A stretch of 64,000 bases of DNA from an uncultured Planctomycetaceae bacterium (GTDB lineage: Bacteria; Planctomycetota; Planctomycetia; Planctomycetales; Planctomycetaceae): contig CAWFAK010000017.1 in NCBI GenBank assembly GCA_963813715.1, positions 448,001-512,000 on the forward strand, written 5' to 3'. Shown in pieces: positions 30,661-41,875 of the stretch; positions within the stretch are counted from its first letter, which is position 1, and each line of letters opens with the position of its first letter. The notes under the pieces are model-generated. The model was given only the letters and a program-made list of their open reading frames with translations. It did no database searches and was not told the DNA's origin. The translations under genes were made by a program, and so were the position numbers.

Positions 30661-31942
30661 TCACTCGTCCGAGAAGAAGAGCCGCTTCACCGCGTCCAGC
30701 AGACCCTGCGGCGTCCCTCTGCGGGCCTCGTCGCGGAGAGCCTCGAGCGGCGGATGCAAGAGTTTGTTGACGATGCGTTCGACGGTACGCTCGATGCCCC
30801 GCCGCTCGTCCGCGTCGAGCTGATGGAAACGCGAAAAGAGTTGGTCCAGTTCATCCTGGCAGACTTTGCGCCACCCAGCCCGCAGTTGCGAGATGATCGG
30901 GCCGGTCGCCTTGTGGTAGATGTCGTGCAAAAAGCGGTCGGTCTCTTCCTCGACGATGTGGCGGGCCCGCTCGATCTCCCGCACCCGCTGCCGCCGGTTC
31001 TGGTCACAAGTCGCCCGCAGCGCCTCGAGATCGTAAAGGAAAACGTTTTCATCGACGTCGGCCACTCTCGGCTCGAAGTCGCGGGGGGTTGCCAGGTCGA
31101 GAATGAACACGGGCTTGCCGTCCGAGGTTTCCCGGGCCGCGCGAAACCGGGCCACATCGACGATCGGCTGGGTCGCCCCTGTCGTGCTGACGATCACGTC
31201 GGCGGTCGACAGCCAGTGATCGAGCTCATCGAACGAACGGGCCGTTCCGCCCCATTCCGCGGCCAGACGCTGGGCGCGTTCCAGGCTGCGGTTGACGACA
31301 ACGATACTTTCGGCCCCCTCATCCTTGAGGTATCGCAAGCGTTTCCTCGGCCATCTCTCCCGCGCCGATCACGAGCACGGTTTTATCGGCGAAGCGGTCG
31401 AAAATGCTCTTGCCGAACTCGCCGACGGCCACGCTGGCGACCGAGACGCGACCGACAGCAAGCGCCGTCTCGCTACGAACCCGCGCGGAGACTCGCATCG
31501 CGCCTTGGAAGAGGGCGTGCGTGAGGGGGCCGCAGGCGTCATTTTCCTGGGCGACGCGATAGGCCTCCTTCACCTGGCTGACAATTTGCGGCTCGCCCAA
31601 CACCATGCTGTCGAGGCTGGAGGCGACCTCGAAGAGATGCCGGACCGCTTCGGGCCCCTTTTGCCACAAGAGCGCACCGCCCAGATCGTTTTGCGGCACT
31701 CCGTGAAATCGCGACAAAAACTCAGCCACCTGTTCCTGCGTGAGGGGAGCGTTGGCTTCGTCCTGGGCGGCGTAAATCTCGACGCGATTGCAGGTGGAGA
31801 GAACCACGTGTTCGGACTGGGGAAAAGTCGCGCGCAGCGATTCGTACGCCCGCGTCAGCTGCTCGACGGAGGCGAACGCCAGCCTTTCGCGCAGGGCCAG
31901 CGGCGTCGTCTGATGAGTGCAGTAAATCACCTGCACGTTCAT
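30661..31942 (-). CDS. hemA: Glutamyl-tRNA reductase (frameshift near 31333)
   Basis: LSTCNRVEIY, SLDSMVLGEPQI, IGAGEMAE, VNRS, DLATPRD, NKLLHPP. Confidence 0.95.
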
Positions 31943-32883
31943 TGGCGGGCCGTCCCTTCGAGCTCGGCCGATCGCGCGGGATTGGCGACCGAAGCCTGGC
32001 GATGCGCGGGCGCGGAGGTATGCCCGTTAAACACCACCTGCAGCCCCAACAAGGTTGCCAGCACGAGGCCGAAGGCCCAGATCGTCCGCAGCGCCACCTG
32101 CTTGCCGCCGGCGTGATCGGCGCGCAACAGCCAAACCAGAAAGCCGACCATCACCAGCCACACCAGCCCGCTGCCGACGACCAGCGGATCGGCAAAACCG
32201 ATCGGACCTTGCGTGTGTCGCGACAGATAGACGAGGCGAATTCCCGTGAGCATCCCGAGCGTCAACAGCGGAAACGAAATCACCACCGACCACCAGTTGA
32301 GCCGCGCGAGGGTCGCCAGGCTCGGCAGCGAAAGGGTGTTCGTCACCGTGCGGGGGTGTTTCAGCCGCCGGTGCTGCACGACGTACATGATGCTGAAGAG
32401 AAACCCGACGATCACGCCGCCAATGCCGAACACCAAGAGCGACGCATGCAGCATGCCCCAGCCGCGGAGGGCCCGCTCTTCCGCACCGCGGCGCACTACG
32501 TCGGTGGCTTGGGACATCGCGAGGCTGGTGGCGTCGCCCACCAGGTCGGAAGCGCCGATCAAGAGCAGCACGGCCGGCAGGAGAAAGAGACCCATCGGCA
32601 CGTTGCGATTCACGAGCGTCAAGATGACCGACAACGTGAGATCGAACACGACGGCCAGCCACGCGAGCACCAAGAGCCAGTCGTGGCTGGAGCTCAAGAG
32701 GGGCGGCAAGTCGGCCGTGTTACTGCGGCCGACGAGGTAGAACGTCTGCGCGATGAGCCCCGCGGCGATAAAACCCAAGCTCAGCCAGTGCAGCCAGTTG
32801 CTTCGCCGCACCACGGCACTGCCCTCGAGCGCGATGGCGATGACATAGCTGGCGAAGAAGCAAAAAACGTGGACGTTGGCCAT
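31939..32883 (-). CDS. Cytochrome c assembly (CcsA/HemX-like) membrane protein
   Basis: About 8 hydrophobic segments, conserved His, LPSLATLARLN..FPLLTLGMLTG. Translationally coupled to hemA. Confidence 0.75.
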   Translation of the reverse strand: MANVHVFCFFASYVIAIALEGSAVVRRSNWLHWLSLGFIAAGLIAQTFYLVGRSNTADLPPLLSSSHDWLLVLAWLAVVFDLTLSVILTLVNRNVPMGLFLLPAVLLLIGASDLVGDATSLAMSQATDVVRRGAEERALRGWGMLHASLLVFGIGGVIVGFLFSIMYVVQHRRLKHPRTVTNTLSLPSLATLARLNWWSVVISFPLLTLGMLTGIRLVYLSRHTQGPIGFADPLVVGSGLVWLVMVGFLVWLLRADHAGGKQVALRTIWAFGLVLATLLGLQVVFNGHTSAPAHRQASVANPARSAELEGTARQ

Positions 32884-32936
32884 TTACCGATTATAGACGG
32901 CGGGCGGCAGCTATAAGCAGCGGAGCGGCGGCTCGT

Positions 32937-34034
32937 TCAGGGCTCCGCGTCGAGGCCGTAGTCCTGGATTTTCTTGTGGAGCGTGTTGCGGTTGATTCCC
33001 AGCCGGGCGGCCGCCTTGGTTTGAATGCCCTGGCATACGCTCAACACGTGCTGGATCAGCGTCTTCTCCGACAGCGACACGACATAGTCGTAGACGCCGG
33101 TGCCCGAAACGTCGGTATCCGTCATGCCCCGCGCGACCAACTCGCGACAGAGCGACTCGACGTCTTTGGGGCGTTCGCGACCGACGCGCACCGGAGCCAG
33201 CCCCCGTACCTGGGGCGGAAACAAATCCAACGTGAGCGCGTCGCCGGGCGACAGCACGATGGCCCGCTCGACGTAGTTTTGCAGCTCACGGACGTTGCCT
33301 GGCCACGAATAATCCCGCAGAGCGGCCAGGGATTCCTTGGGAATGATGGGCATGGGCCGGCGATTGGCGGCCGCATAGCTCGAGGCAAAAAACTCGACCA
33401 GCGGTGGGACATCCTCCCGCCGATCGATGAGGGGAGGAAGATAAATCGGCACCACGTTCAGCCGATAATACAAGTCCTCGCGGAAGCGGCCCGTCTCGAT
33501 CTCCTCCAGGAGGTCGCGGTTGGTGGCCGCTACGATTCGGCAATCGACCTGAATTGTGCGTGTGTCGCCGACCCGTTCGAACTCGTGTTCCTGCAAGACC
33601 CGCAACAGCTTTACTTGCAGCTTGTAGCTGACGGAGTTGATCTCATCGAGAAAAATTGTGCCGCCGTGCGCTGCCTCGAATCGCCCCGTGCGGTTTTCGT
33701 TGGCGCTCGTGAATGCGCCTTTGACGTGGCCAAAAAGTTCGCTTTCCAGGAGGCTCTCGCTCAACGCGCCGCAGTTCACTCGGACGAAAGGCCCGGTGGC
33801 CCGCGGGCTAAGGCGATGCAGGGCCCGCGCGACGAGTTCTTTTCCGGTTCCCGTTTCGCCGGTTAACAGCACCGTGGCATTGGTGGCGGCCACGCGGCGG
33901 GTCAGTTCGTAGACCTCGCGCATAACGGCACTATTGCCAATCATGCCCTCGAAGGATTGGGATTCGTCGGAGCCACTGGTCGCGGTCGAATCACCGGCCC
34001 GATTTGGTCCAGGTGCGGATGAAGATTGCAGCAT
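32937..34034 (-). CDS. Sigma54-dependent enhancer-binding protein (AAA+ plus Fis HTH) lacking an N-terminal regulatory domain
   Basis: [62 protein letters not shown]. Confidence 0.93.
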   Translation of the reverse strand: MLQSSSAPGPNRAGDSTATSGSDESQSFEGMIGNSAVMREVYELTRRVAATNATVLLTGETGTGKELVARALHRLSPRATGPFVRVNCGALSESLLESELFGHVKGAFTSANENRTGRFEAAHGGTIFLDEINSVSYKLQVKLLRVLQEHEFERVGDTRTIQVDCRIVAATNRDLLEEIETGRFREDLYYRLNVVPIYLPPLIDRREDVPPLVEFFASSYAAANRRPMPIIPKESLAALRDYSWPGNVRELQNYVERAIVLSPGDALTLDLFPPQVRGLAPVRVGRERPKDVESLCRELVARGMTDTDVSGTGVYDYVVSLSEKTLIQHVLSVCQGIQTKAAARLGINRNTLHKKIQDYGLDAEP

Positions 34035-34258
34035 GCTGCCATTTTCGTGGGCGGAAGCACGTTTTGCAACGGTGGCTGGAGGGGTGTCGCGTGGTTCAAG
34101 CTCGCGCGGGCAGGTCGACGGCTGGAGTTGTGCTTAGGGAGGGAGCAGTCAGGCACCGGTAATGGGCAGGTTTCCACGTCTTAGACAAAACCGCCATCGA
34201 TCGAGGCGAGCGGAGATGGAGCCCGATTCGGCATACCAGCTGAAGCGGTCAGCCGGAT

Positions 34259-36603
34259 TTACGGGACGGCTGCAGCCGGAGCGGGGATCGCTTGCAATCG
34301 GGTGGCGACCCGCTTGGCGTTCGGCTGCAGGGTACCGACTGCGGCCGCCAGAGCTGTGGCCAACTCGGGGCTCGAGGCATCGTGCAGGGCGCCCTCGAGC
34401 TGGGCCACCTCGCTGCGAGACAAGAGCAGCCCGTAGCGCTGAATGTGCTCCGCCAAGTGACGGGCGGCGTCGATGCGGATCGCCGCGTCGAAGCGGTCGG
34501 TAAAGGCCAGCTGGGCGAAGTGCTTTTGAACTTCGCCGCGAGGAATGGCCGCCAGTGCCGTCATCGCGTTGGCGTACGTGGCCTTGTCGTTCGAGAGGGC
34601 CATCAGCGGATTCTCGGCACTGTCGAGCGGGAAAATGTCCGTGCGATTCGAGCGGGCAATTTCGGCGAGCCAGGCCGTCGCGTCGGCAATCCGCTGCTCG
34701 CGATTGGCAGGCGTCTGCGCCAAGGCCAGAGCACGCCGCAGGAACGGACCGACCTGCGAATCGACGGCCGCCTCGGTCGACGATTCGGCAAGGTAATCGA
34801 CCTGCGGATAGCGGGTCAGAATGCCCGCCACATGCTGCCGCTCCGATTCCGGACCGTAGATCACAATCGGGATTTGCGCCGTGCGAGCGTCGGCTCGCAG
34901 GTTCGAGACGGTTTGCGAAAGGGGCCAACGAATCACATTGACGTGTACGGCCATCAGCACGACGTTCGCGCGATCGGAGGCGATCTCGAACCCTTCTCGA
35001 CCTGTGAACGCGGTTACCGTTTCAAAACCAATCTGCGTGAACAATCCGGCCATTTCATTGGCCCGCTGGCGATTGGCATCGACGACGACAGCAAAGGGCG
35101 AATTCGTCCCCGAAATCGCGCGGGTCAGGATTTCGACAACGCGCTGCGAACCGCGAAACCGCCGGTCCGGATGCGCCTGCAATACGGCGACTGCGGCCGC
35201 GTACTGAACGTCGGGGTTCGGATCGTTGAGAGCGGCGAGCACCGGAGAACGAGGCTCCTGTGCGCCGTAAAGCTGGTGTCGCGTTCCGACGGCGGACAGT
35301 GCTCGCAAGGCGCCGACCGAGACGGCCGGGTTCCCCAGTTTGAGACCCAGCGTGAGGGCATCGGACAGCACTTCTGGGCCGACGATCAGGGCCGTGTCGT
35401 TCGGGCTGCCCGCGAGTTTCGCGCTTTCGCCCGGGGTTTCCGCACGCCAGGCAAAGTCGGCCGCGACCAGCAACGCCTGCGATTCGCGGTCCTCCGGAGA
35501 AAGAGCGAGCGCTTCCCGGGCAAACCGCAGAGCCGTGTAGACGTTCGCCGCGGCGGGAGGCAGCCGATTGTCGACGACGAGTTTTGAATCGTTGTTCCAG
35601 GTCCAGACGTCGGTCAAGCCGTCGGTGGTCGGCCAGGGAAGACGGTTCGCCAGCGCCTCGCGAGCCACTTTTCGCAGTTGGGCGGCGGCTCCGAACGACG
35701 GCGGTCCTTCTCCCCTCTCGGTCGGCAGGCCGAGAATCCGGGAGAGGGCCTGGCGAGCGGCGTAACGAATGCCGGACGGCTGATGTTCGTCGAACGCGGG
35801 AGCGAGCAGGTACGGGACGGCTTGTCGCGCACCGAGGTAACCCAAGGCTTGGATGCCGGCCGTGCGGACCGATTCGGTCGGCGACTCGAGCGCCCCGAGC
35901 AACACAGGGACGACCCGCTGACCCATGCGAACGATCGATTGCACGAGCACTTCGACGCTCTCGGTCCCCTGCGGAGCGGCGACGTGCTGCAACATCCGCG
36001 GCACGATGCTGGGGCCGATGTTGTTGAGGGTTTCGAGGGCTGTGTCTCGATCTTCGGGCGGACCGCTGAGGTTGTGGATCAGCGAGTCGAGATAAGCGGT
36101 GTCTTCGTTGCGTTTGCGGGTGGCCGCCGTGGTCAACGTCGCCACTTGCGCGCCGACAGGCTGCAGGTCCGGATTATGCGACAGGCGGAGGTAAAGCGCC
36201 GGGCCGTACTTGTCGCGGAGGGCCAGCAGCACATCGTCCGTCGGATTGGACTGGAGGAATTTCTGCAGGTACTGCTTGGCCAGCCGCGGGCGATAGAGCT
36301 GGTCGCAGATCACGGCCGCATTGAACAGTTCGGCTGGGGTCTTCGGCTCCGTCAATAGCGGCGATTCTTCGACGGGAGGGGCTGGCGTGGGCTGTGCGGC
36401 GCGGAGCAGCTGGCCCGGCCGGTGCCTTTGCGGGAGCGTTGTCGTCGGCGGAGCCGCGTCCTGATCCGCGGGAGCGGCCGCTTTGGCGCAGCCGCCTTGC
36501 CCGGTGGGCGCGCGCCTTTCTTTGCCGCGGGCTGCGCGAGCGCATAGCCTCCGGCAAACAGGGCCAGAATCAGGACCGAGGTCCGTATCCTCACAGGGGC
36601 CAT
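34259..36603 (-). CDS. Exported HEAT-repeat protein with a receiver-like domain (N-terminal frameshifts)
   Basis: Signal-like N-terminus from ATG 36603 with a Pro/Ala linker. HEAT/PBS repeats (VPVLLGAL..VRTAGIQALG). CheY-like segment (VVVDAN..IPIVIYG). Confidence 0.7.
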
Positions 36604-37122
36604 TCGATGCTGGACTCCGAGACTCCGGCCCGACACGCCGGCCGGTGTCGATCTTGCCCCGGAAGCCACGCCCCCAGAGGGACGGTAACGACCGAGGAAC
36701 CGCCGACCCGCGCTTCCCCTATCCTAAAATGGTGTAACCATCGAAAACAACACATTTCACCCATTTTCACACGGGAAACCAACCTCGCGGACGATTTTGC
36801 CGGTGAGAATTCCCAAACAGCGGTGGGACTCTGCCTCATTTCGGGTGAATTTGGCTGCCTGATCCTGGTGGCGGGTGGGCTGCCGCCAGGGCGCAGTCTG
36901 CCCGCTCGTGCCCCGCGACGGCACGTATCGAATAGATCGGACCTGTCGCGTGCGCTCATTCAACCGCGGGCCGAATCAGACAGGCCAGCCCCCGCTTTCG
37001 TCGGCAAGTGCCCGGAGCTAGCGGATGCGTCGAGTTTGCCGACGGGCGCGAAGATGCGGCGCCTACATGCAAACGGGGCCTGCGGGGCGGCTGTCTTGCC
37101 CGAGGCGGCGACCGCGACGATC

Positions 37123-37964
37123 TCAGTTCCGTCGCGCGAACGCTGCCTGAAGCACCGTGCCGTCGAAAGCGTAGGGAATCCGGCCTTCCGCGGCGTAAAC
37201 GTAAAGCGCGCCGAGCAGGATCGTGTGCAGCGCGGCCGAGACGATGGCCAGACCAATCTCGAGAACAGCCGTGATGGCAATGCCGATCGCAATCGCGACG
37301 CCGCTGCCAACGGCGAACCCCAGCGCGGCCGGAGCGCAGGCCACCACGGCCGCGATAAAGACGAAGAATCCAATCCCCTGGTTTCCGACGAAGGCTTCGC
37401 CCCAGGCCCGTCGCAGGATCGACATGGATCGCTGAACGGCCTCGAAGGGGCCGGCTCTTTCGATCACGATTACCGGCACGACGAAGAATGTGGCGATGCT
37501 CCAAGCTAGTCCCAATAACCCGGAGACGAAGGCTCCGACCTTCTCCGAACGGGACTCGAGCATCTTGAGCGCAACCCCCACGAACGCACTCACCAGGCTC
37601 CAGGCCAGGATTTGCGGCAAGCGAGAAACGGCGGCCTGAAACCCATCGCTCAGGGTCGGAGTGCCGCCCTTGAACCGGATGATCGCGCAGGACACCAGCG
37701 CGGAATTGAAAAAAATGATCACGAAGTAATTGCAGAAATAGAACAGCAACAGCACCGCGTACGCGATCGGATTGTGCGTCACTTGCTGGGCGTTCTCGTC
37801 AATCCGGTATGCGCCCGTGAAAAACAGGGGTAACGCGAAGCTGGCAACCACGATCATGCAGGCGATGCCGCTCACGACCGGGAATAAGAGCAGGCTCGTA
37901 TCTTCGCGCAGCACTGCGCGCTCGACTTCATCAAGTCCCAGCCATTGCTGATTTTCTCAAACAT
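37123..37964 (-). CDS. Conserved multi-pass membrane protein (DUF6159-like); frameshift near 37915
   Basis: MFEKISNGWDLMK.. start, LLLFPVVS, FFNSALV, WSIATFFVVPVIVIE..WGE. Confidence 0.75.
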
Positions 37965-38302
37965 CTGGAACTCCCCTGGCGGGCTTGAACTCAGCCGTCT
38001 CCGTCGACCCGGGCGCCGCGCGGATTTTGGCGATCGGCCGCAATTCTCCGCGCGAGCGAAAACTCTGCGACGGGGTGGGACCGCGTCCGATTCCGCTCGG
38101 TCTCACCGACGGCCAGGCGAGCGCCCGCCGAAACGCGAGTCTATCCAGCTTTTTCGCCGCTGCAAACGGGGGGCAACAGCGTTTTCTGGCGTCTGTCCTC
38201 AAGCCGTTCCCGGCGGGGCGACGAAATATCGGGTGCCCGGCCGTCGGCCGGCGCGTCTCCATTTTCCAGCGGGCAGTCACTGATCAAAGCCGCGGTGTTT
38301 GC

Positions 38303-38944
38303 ATGACTCGAGCGATTGGAGCAATGGCGGTTGTGTTGATCGTGGGCGGCCTGTCGCTCGCGTATCGCGATCTGCGGCCCTTGTCGGCCGTCTCGGGCCC
38401 GCATTCTGCGAACGATCCGGACAGCCTCAGCGATCCGCCGAACTGGAAAGTCGAATCAGCGGGGAGCAACAACGCCAGCCGAGTGAGATGGCGGACCAAC
38501 ACCGTCGCCAACTCGCCCCTGCCGACACGGTACGGCGTGCCGACTAACGGCGAGCCGCCCCTGTGGGTCCGCAGAACCGACAAAGTTCCCGCCTCCGCGC
38601 CGACTTACCTGCCGAAGAATCAGACGATCAACGCCCCGCACATCACGTTCCTGCCGACCCCGGCCAAGCCAGCCAATCCGGTGAATACGGTGAAGACTGC
38701 GAGGACGGTGAAGACCGAGCCGATGGTCGCCGTCACGGCCCACGCGAGCAACTCGCACGCGGCCCCGGCCGCCGACCACGTCGCCGACGAGGAACATCGC
38801 GTGTTGCTCAAGCATGCGAAGTTTCTGATCAACGCGGGTTTGGCCCCGATGGCGCAAGAGCCCCTGCGGCAGATCATCCGCGAAGCGCCCGGCACTCCCA
38901 TCGCCCGCGAAGCGCTCGCGACGCTCGACACCATTCGAAACTAG
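38303..38944 (+). CDS. Hypothetical exported protein with a C-terminal TPR-like helix pair
   Basis: N-terminal hydrophobic segment, Pro/Thr-rich middle, LKHAKFLINAG..LRQIIREAPGTPIAREA. Confidence 0.55.
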   Translation: MTRAIGAMAVVLIVGGLSLAYRDLRPLSAVSGPHSANDPDSLSDPPNWKVESAGSNNASRVRWRTNTVANSPLPTRYGVPTNGEPPLWVRRTDKVPASAPTYLPKNQTINAPHITFLPTPAKPANPVNTVKTARTVKTEPMVAVTAHASNSHAAPAADHVADEEHRVLLKHAKFLINAGLAPMAQEPLRQIIREAPGTPIAREALATLDTIRN

Positions 38945-38970
38945 CAGTCGGCAAGCCGCGCTCAGCGATC

Positions 38971-40053
38971 CTAGGGGATCGACGCCGCCAACGGAGCCGT
39001 CTCGAACCGAAAATCGCAGCCGGGAATGCCGTCGATAAAATCGGCTCCAAACGCCCGCGACGGCGTCCGAAAACCGGGAGCGGGCGGCGCGTCGAAGATT
39101 CTCTCGATCGCGGCCAGCGCCGTATCGATGGTGAGCGCATAGCCGTTGGGGGTCGTCAGCGTGGCCTCAACGCGGTTGCCACGTGCGTCCTCCACGCAGC
39201 CCCACAATGACGACGTTTCGCGCGCCCGGCTTTCCGGGGTCGGCCCGTGCACGGACGCATTGATGCGGCGCATGATCAAGGAACGGATGGGCGGAAGGCC
39301 GAGCACGGGCAGCGCCCAGCGGACCTTGCGCATCAGGGAAATCTGTGACGGCGGAGTCGCTGCGTACACCTCGATATTGCCGATCCCCGTGGAATAGTAG
39401 GCACTGGCGACGTCCCCCCAGGGAATTGCCACCGCCATGCGGGCGCCCTCGCGGAAGGGAACGTTCAGCGTCTTGGAGGCGAGCGGGATCTGGGTGAGCC
39501 GGCCGTCGATCCTCACGCGGCCGCCGGTGGAAACCGATTCGAGCATCGTCTTGGCCGTCCCCGGGCTCACCGATCCCACCGCGTGAAACGCCAGCTTGAG
39601 CGATGTGGCAGCGGGCAATTTCGCCGCGAGCTTGGCGGCCAGGCAGTCGCTGGGCACGACGTCAAAGCCGACAGCGGGCAGCAAGGTCACCGAGGAGGCC
39701 TGCGCGCGTTGGTCGAGGGCGGCCGCAGCCTCGATGACATCGATTTCCCCGGTGATATCCAAATAATGCGCGTGCTCGGCCAGGCAGGCCTCCATCATCG
39801 GAGCGGCAGTGGACGAGAAGGGTCCGGCACAGTGGAGCACGAGCCGCGCGCCGCGGATCCCCTGCCGCAGCGTCGACGCATCGCTCAGGTCGAAAACGCG
39901 GTGCTCGAGCTTCAACCGTTGGGCCAATTCGGCAACCGACTGAGCGTTGCGGCCTGCGAGAATCGGTCGCAGCCCGCGACGGGCGGCCTCTTCGGCAATC
40001 GCGCGACCGGTGTAGCCGGTTGCTCCGTAAAGGATCCAACTCGGTTGAGACAT
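38971..40053 (-). CDS. Saccharopine dehydrogenase-like NAD(P)-binding oxidoreductase
   Basis: YGATGYTG, LAGRN, HCAGPF, YLDITGE, GFDVVPSDCLA, IPWGDV. Confidence 0.9.
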   Translation of the reverse strand: MSQPSWILYGATGYTGRAIAEEAARRGLRPILAGRNAQSVAELAQRLKLEHRVFDLSDASTLRQGIRGARLVLHCAGPFSSTAAPMMEACLAEHAHYLDITGEIDVIEAAAALDQRAQASSVTLLPAVGFDVVPSDCLAAKLAAKLPAATSLKLAFHAVGSVSPGTAKTMLESVSTGGRVRIDGRLTQIPLASKTLNVPFREGARMAVAIPWGDVASAYYSTGIGNIEVYAATPPSQISLMRKVRWALPVLGLPPIRSLIMRRINASVHGPTPESRARETSSLWGCVEDARGNRVEATLTTPNGYALTIDTALAAIERIFDAPPAPGFRTPSRAFGADFIDGIPGCDFRFETAPLAASIP

Positions 40054-40243
40054 GAGACTCTTTCAGGCAATGCGACCGGAATCGCTGAAACGTCAATGCC
40101 ATGCGCCCGTGGCCGGAATACGACTCCGCCCGCCAGCATATCCGGTCTGAGCAAGCTTCGCCCTGCCGCACGCTTGTCTTACAATCCGGAATTCGGGCTC
40201 CGATCTTTAGTCTCCTGTCCACAACACGGACTGCCTCCGCGCA

Positions 40244-41842
40244 ATGTCTGATTCTGCCGACGAAGCCCGCGTGATCGCCGCCGACATCGAGACGCTGCGT
40301 CAGATGGGCTACCGACAGGAGCTGCTGAGGCGGATGAGCGGCTTTTCGAATTACGCCGTCTCGCTGTCGATCATCTGCATTCTGGCCGGCGGAATCACCT
40401 CATTTCACCAAGGGCTCTGCAGCGTCGGCGGCGCTTCGATCGGGATCGGCTGGCCGCTGGCGTGCCTGCTGGCGCTCGCCTTCGCTGCCACGATGGGCCA
40501 GGTCGCTTCGGCCTTCCCCACGGCGGGCGGCCTCTACCACTGGGCGTCGATTCTGGGGGACCGCGGTTGGGGCTGGGTGACCGCTTGGTTCAATCTGGCC
40601 GGACTGATCACCGTGCTGGCCGCCGTGAACGTCGGCGCCTACCAGTTCACTCTGCAGGCGCTGGCTCCGTGGCTCGGATACGAACCGGAAAAATTTTCCG
40701 AGCCCGTGCAGATTGCGCTGCAGACTGCGTGCGTCGCCGCGATCACCCTGTCGCAGGCCATGTTCAATCACCTCGGGATTCGCCTGACGACGCGGCTCAC
40801 CGACTTCAGCGGTTATTGGATTGTGGTCGTGGCTGGTGCGCTGACGATCGCGCTCTTGGGCTTCGCATCGCATTTCGATCCCGCGCGACTGGAGTTTGCC
40901 CGCCTGATTACGTTTTCCAACTACAGCGGTTTGCCGGCAGAACCGGGGACGCCGGTCTGGCCGCAGACAGGAAATCTGCTCTGGCTGTTCGCGCTCGGGT
41001 TCCTGTTGCCGCTCTACACGATCACGGGGTTCGATGCCTCGGCCCACACGGCCGAAGAGACCGTCGGGGCCGCCCACCATGTGCCGCGGGCCATCGTTCG
41101 CTCCGTCATCGTGTCGGCCGTCTTCGGCTGGATCATGCTCGCCGCGATGGTGCTGGCAATTCCCAACATGAACGAGGCGGCCGCCCAGGGCGACAACGTC
41201 TTTCATTGGATGATGCGGAGCGTGCTGCCTTCGTGGCTCGTGCTCCTCTTTGTCGTGGGGATCGCCATCGCCCAGTACCTCTGCGGCCTGGCGACCGTCA
41301 CGTCGGCCTCGCGGATGACTTACGCGTTCGCCCGCGACGGCGGCCTGCCCTGGTCGCAGGCGCTGCGCCGCGTCAGCCCGCGGTACGGTTCGCCCGCCGT
41401 CGCCATCTGGATGACGGCATTTCTGGCCCTCGTCCTCACCGTTTACACGCCGATGTACTCCACCCTCGCCAGCGCCTGCGCGATCCTGCTCTACGTCTCG
41501 TACGCGCTGCCGACGCTATTGGGACTGTTGGCCTACGGGCGCTCCTGGACCGACATGGGACCCTGGAGCCTGGGCCGCTGGTATCAGCCGCTGGCAGTCG
41601 TCTGCTTGCTTGGCTGCGGGTTCTTGCTGTTGATCGGCATCCAGCCGCCGAACGAGAAGGCCGGCTGGATCGTGCTGGGCGCGTGCGTGGTCACGGGAAC
41701 TGTCTGGTTCAGCGTGATGCGGCACCGCTTTCAGGGGCCGCCCGCGAATTTGTTGGAGATGCACCGACGTGCGGCCGCGTCGAAGCCGGCTGAATCCGTT
41801 TCCTCGGAATCCGTTTCCTCGCTCACGCTACCCGGTGAGTGA
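40244..41842 (+). CDS. APC-family amino acid/amine permease (candidate ethanolamine importer)
   Basis: MGYRQELLRRMSGFSN, SAFPTAGGLYHW, TGFDASAHTAEET, SRMTYAFARDG, about 12 TM segments. First gene before eutA. Confidence 0.88.
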   Translation: MSDSADEARVIAADIETLRQMGYRQELLRRMSGFSNYAVSLSIICILAGGITSFHQGLCSVGGASIGIGWPLACLLALAFAATMGQVASAFPTAGGLYHWASILGDRGWGWVTAWFNLAGLITVLAAVNVGAYQFTLQALAPWLGYEPEKFSEPVQIALQTACVAAITLSQAMFNHLGIRLTTRLTDFSGYWIVVVAGALTIALLGFASHFDPARLEFARLITFSNYSGLPAEPGTPVWPQTGNLLWLFALGFLLPLYTITGFDASAHTAEETVGAAHHVPRAIVRSVIVSAVFGWIMLAAMVLAIPNMNEAAAQGDNVFHWMMRSVLPSWLVLLFVVGIAIAQYLCGLATVTSASRMTYAFARDGGLPWSQALRRVSPRYGSPAVAIWMTAFLALVLTVYTPMYSTLASACAILLYVSYALPTLLGLLAYGRSWTDMGPWSLGRWYQPLAVVCLLGCGFLLLIGIQPPNEKAGWIVLGACVVTGTVWFSVMRHRFQGPPANLLEMHRRAAASKPAESVSSESVSSLTLPGE

Positions 41843-41875
41843 ATCGTTCGATTGAGCTACCCCTGAGGCTCAACT

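Noticed and set aside
36604..37122. About 520-bp intergenic region with hairpins as an ncRNA gene
   Set aside because: Only isolated GC stems and an AT-rich promoter-like stretch. No recognisable RNA family features.
40054..40243. Cobalamin riboswitch upstream of the eut module
   Set aside because: I could not find B12-box or other conserved riboswitch elements by eye. An Rfam scan would be needed to exclude it fully.
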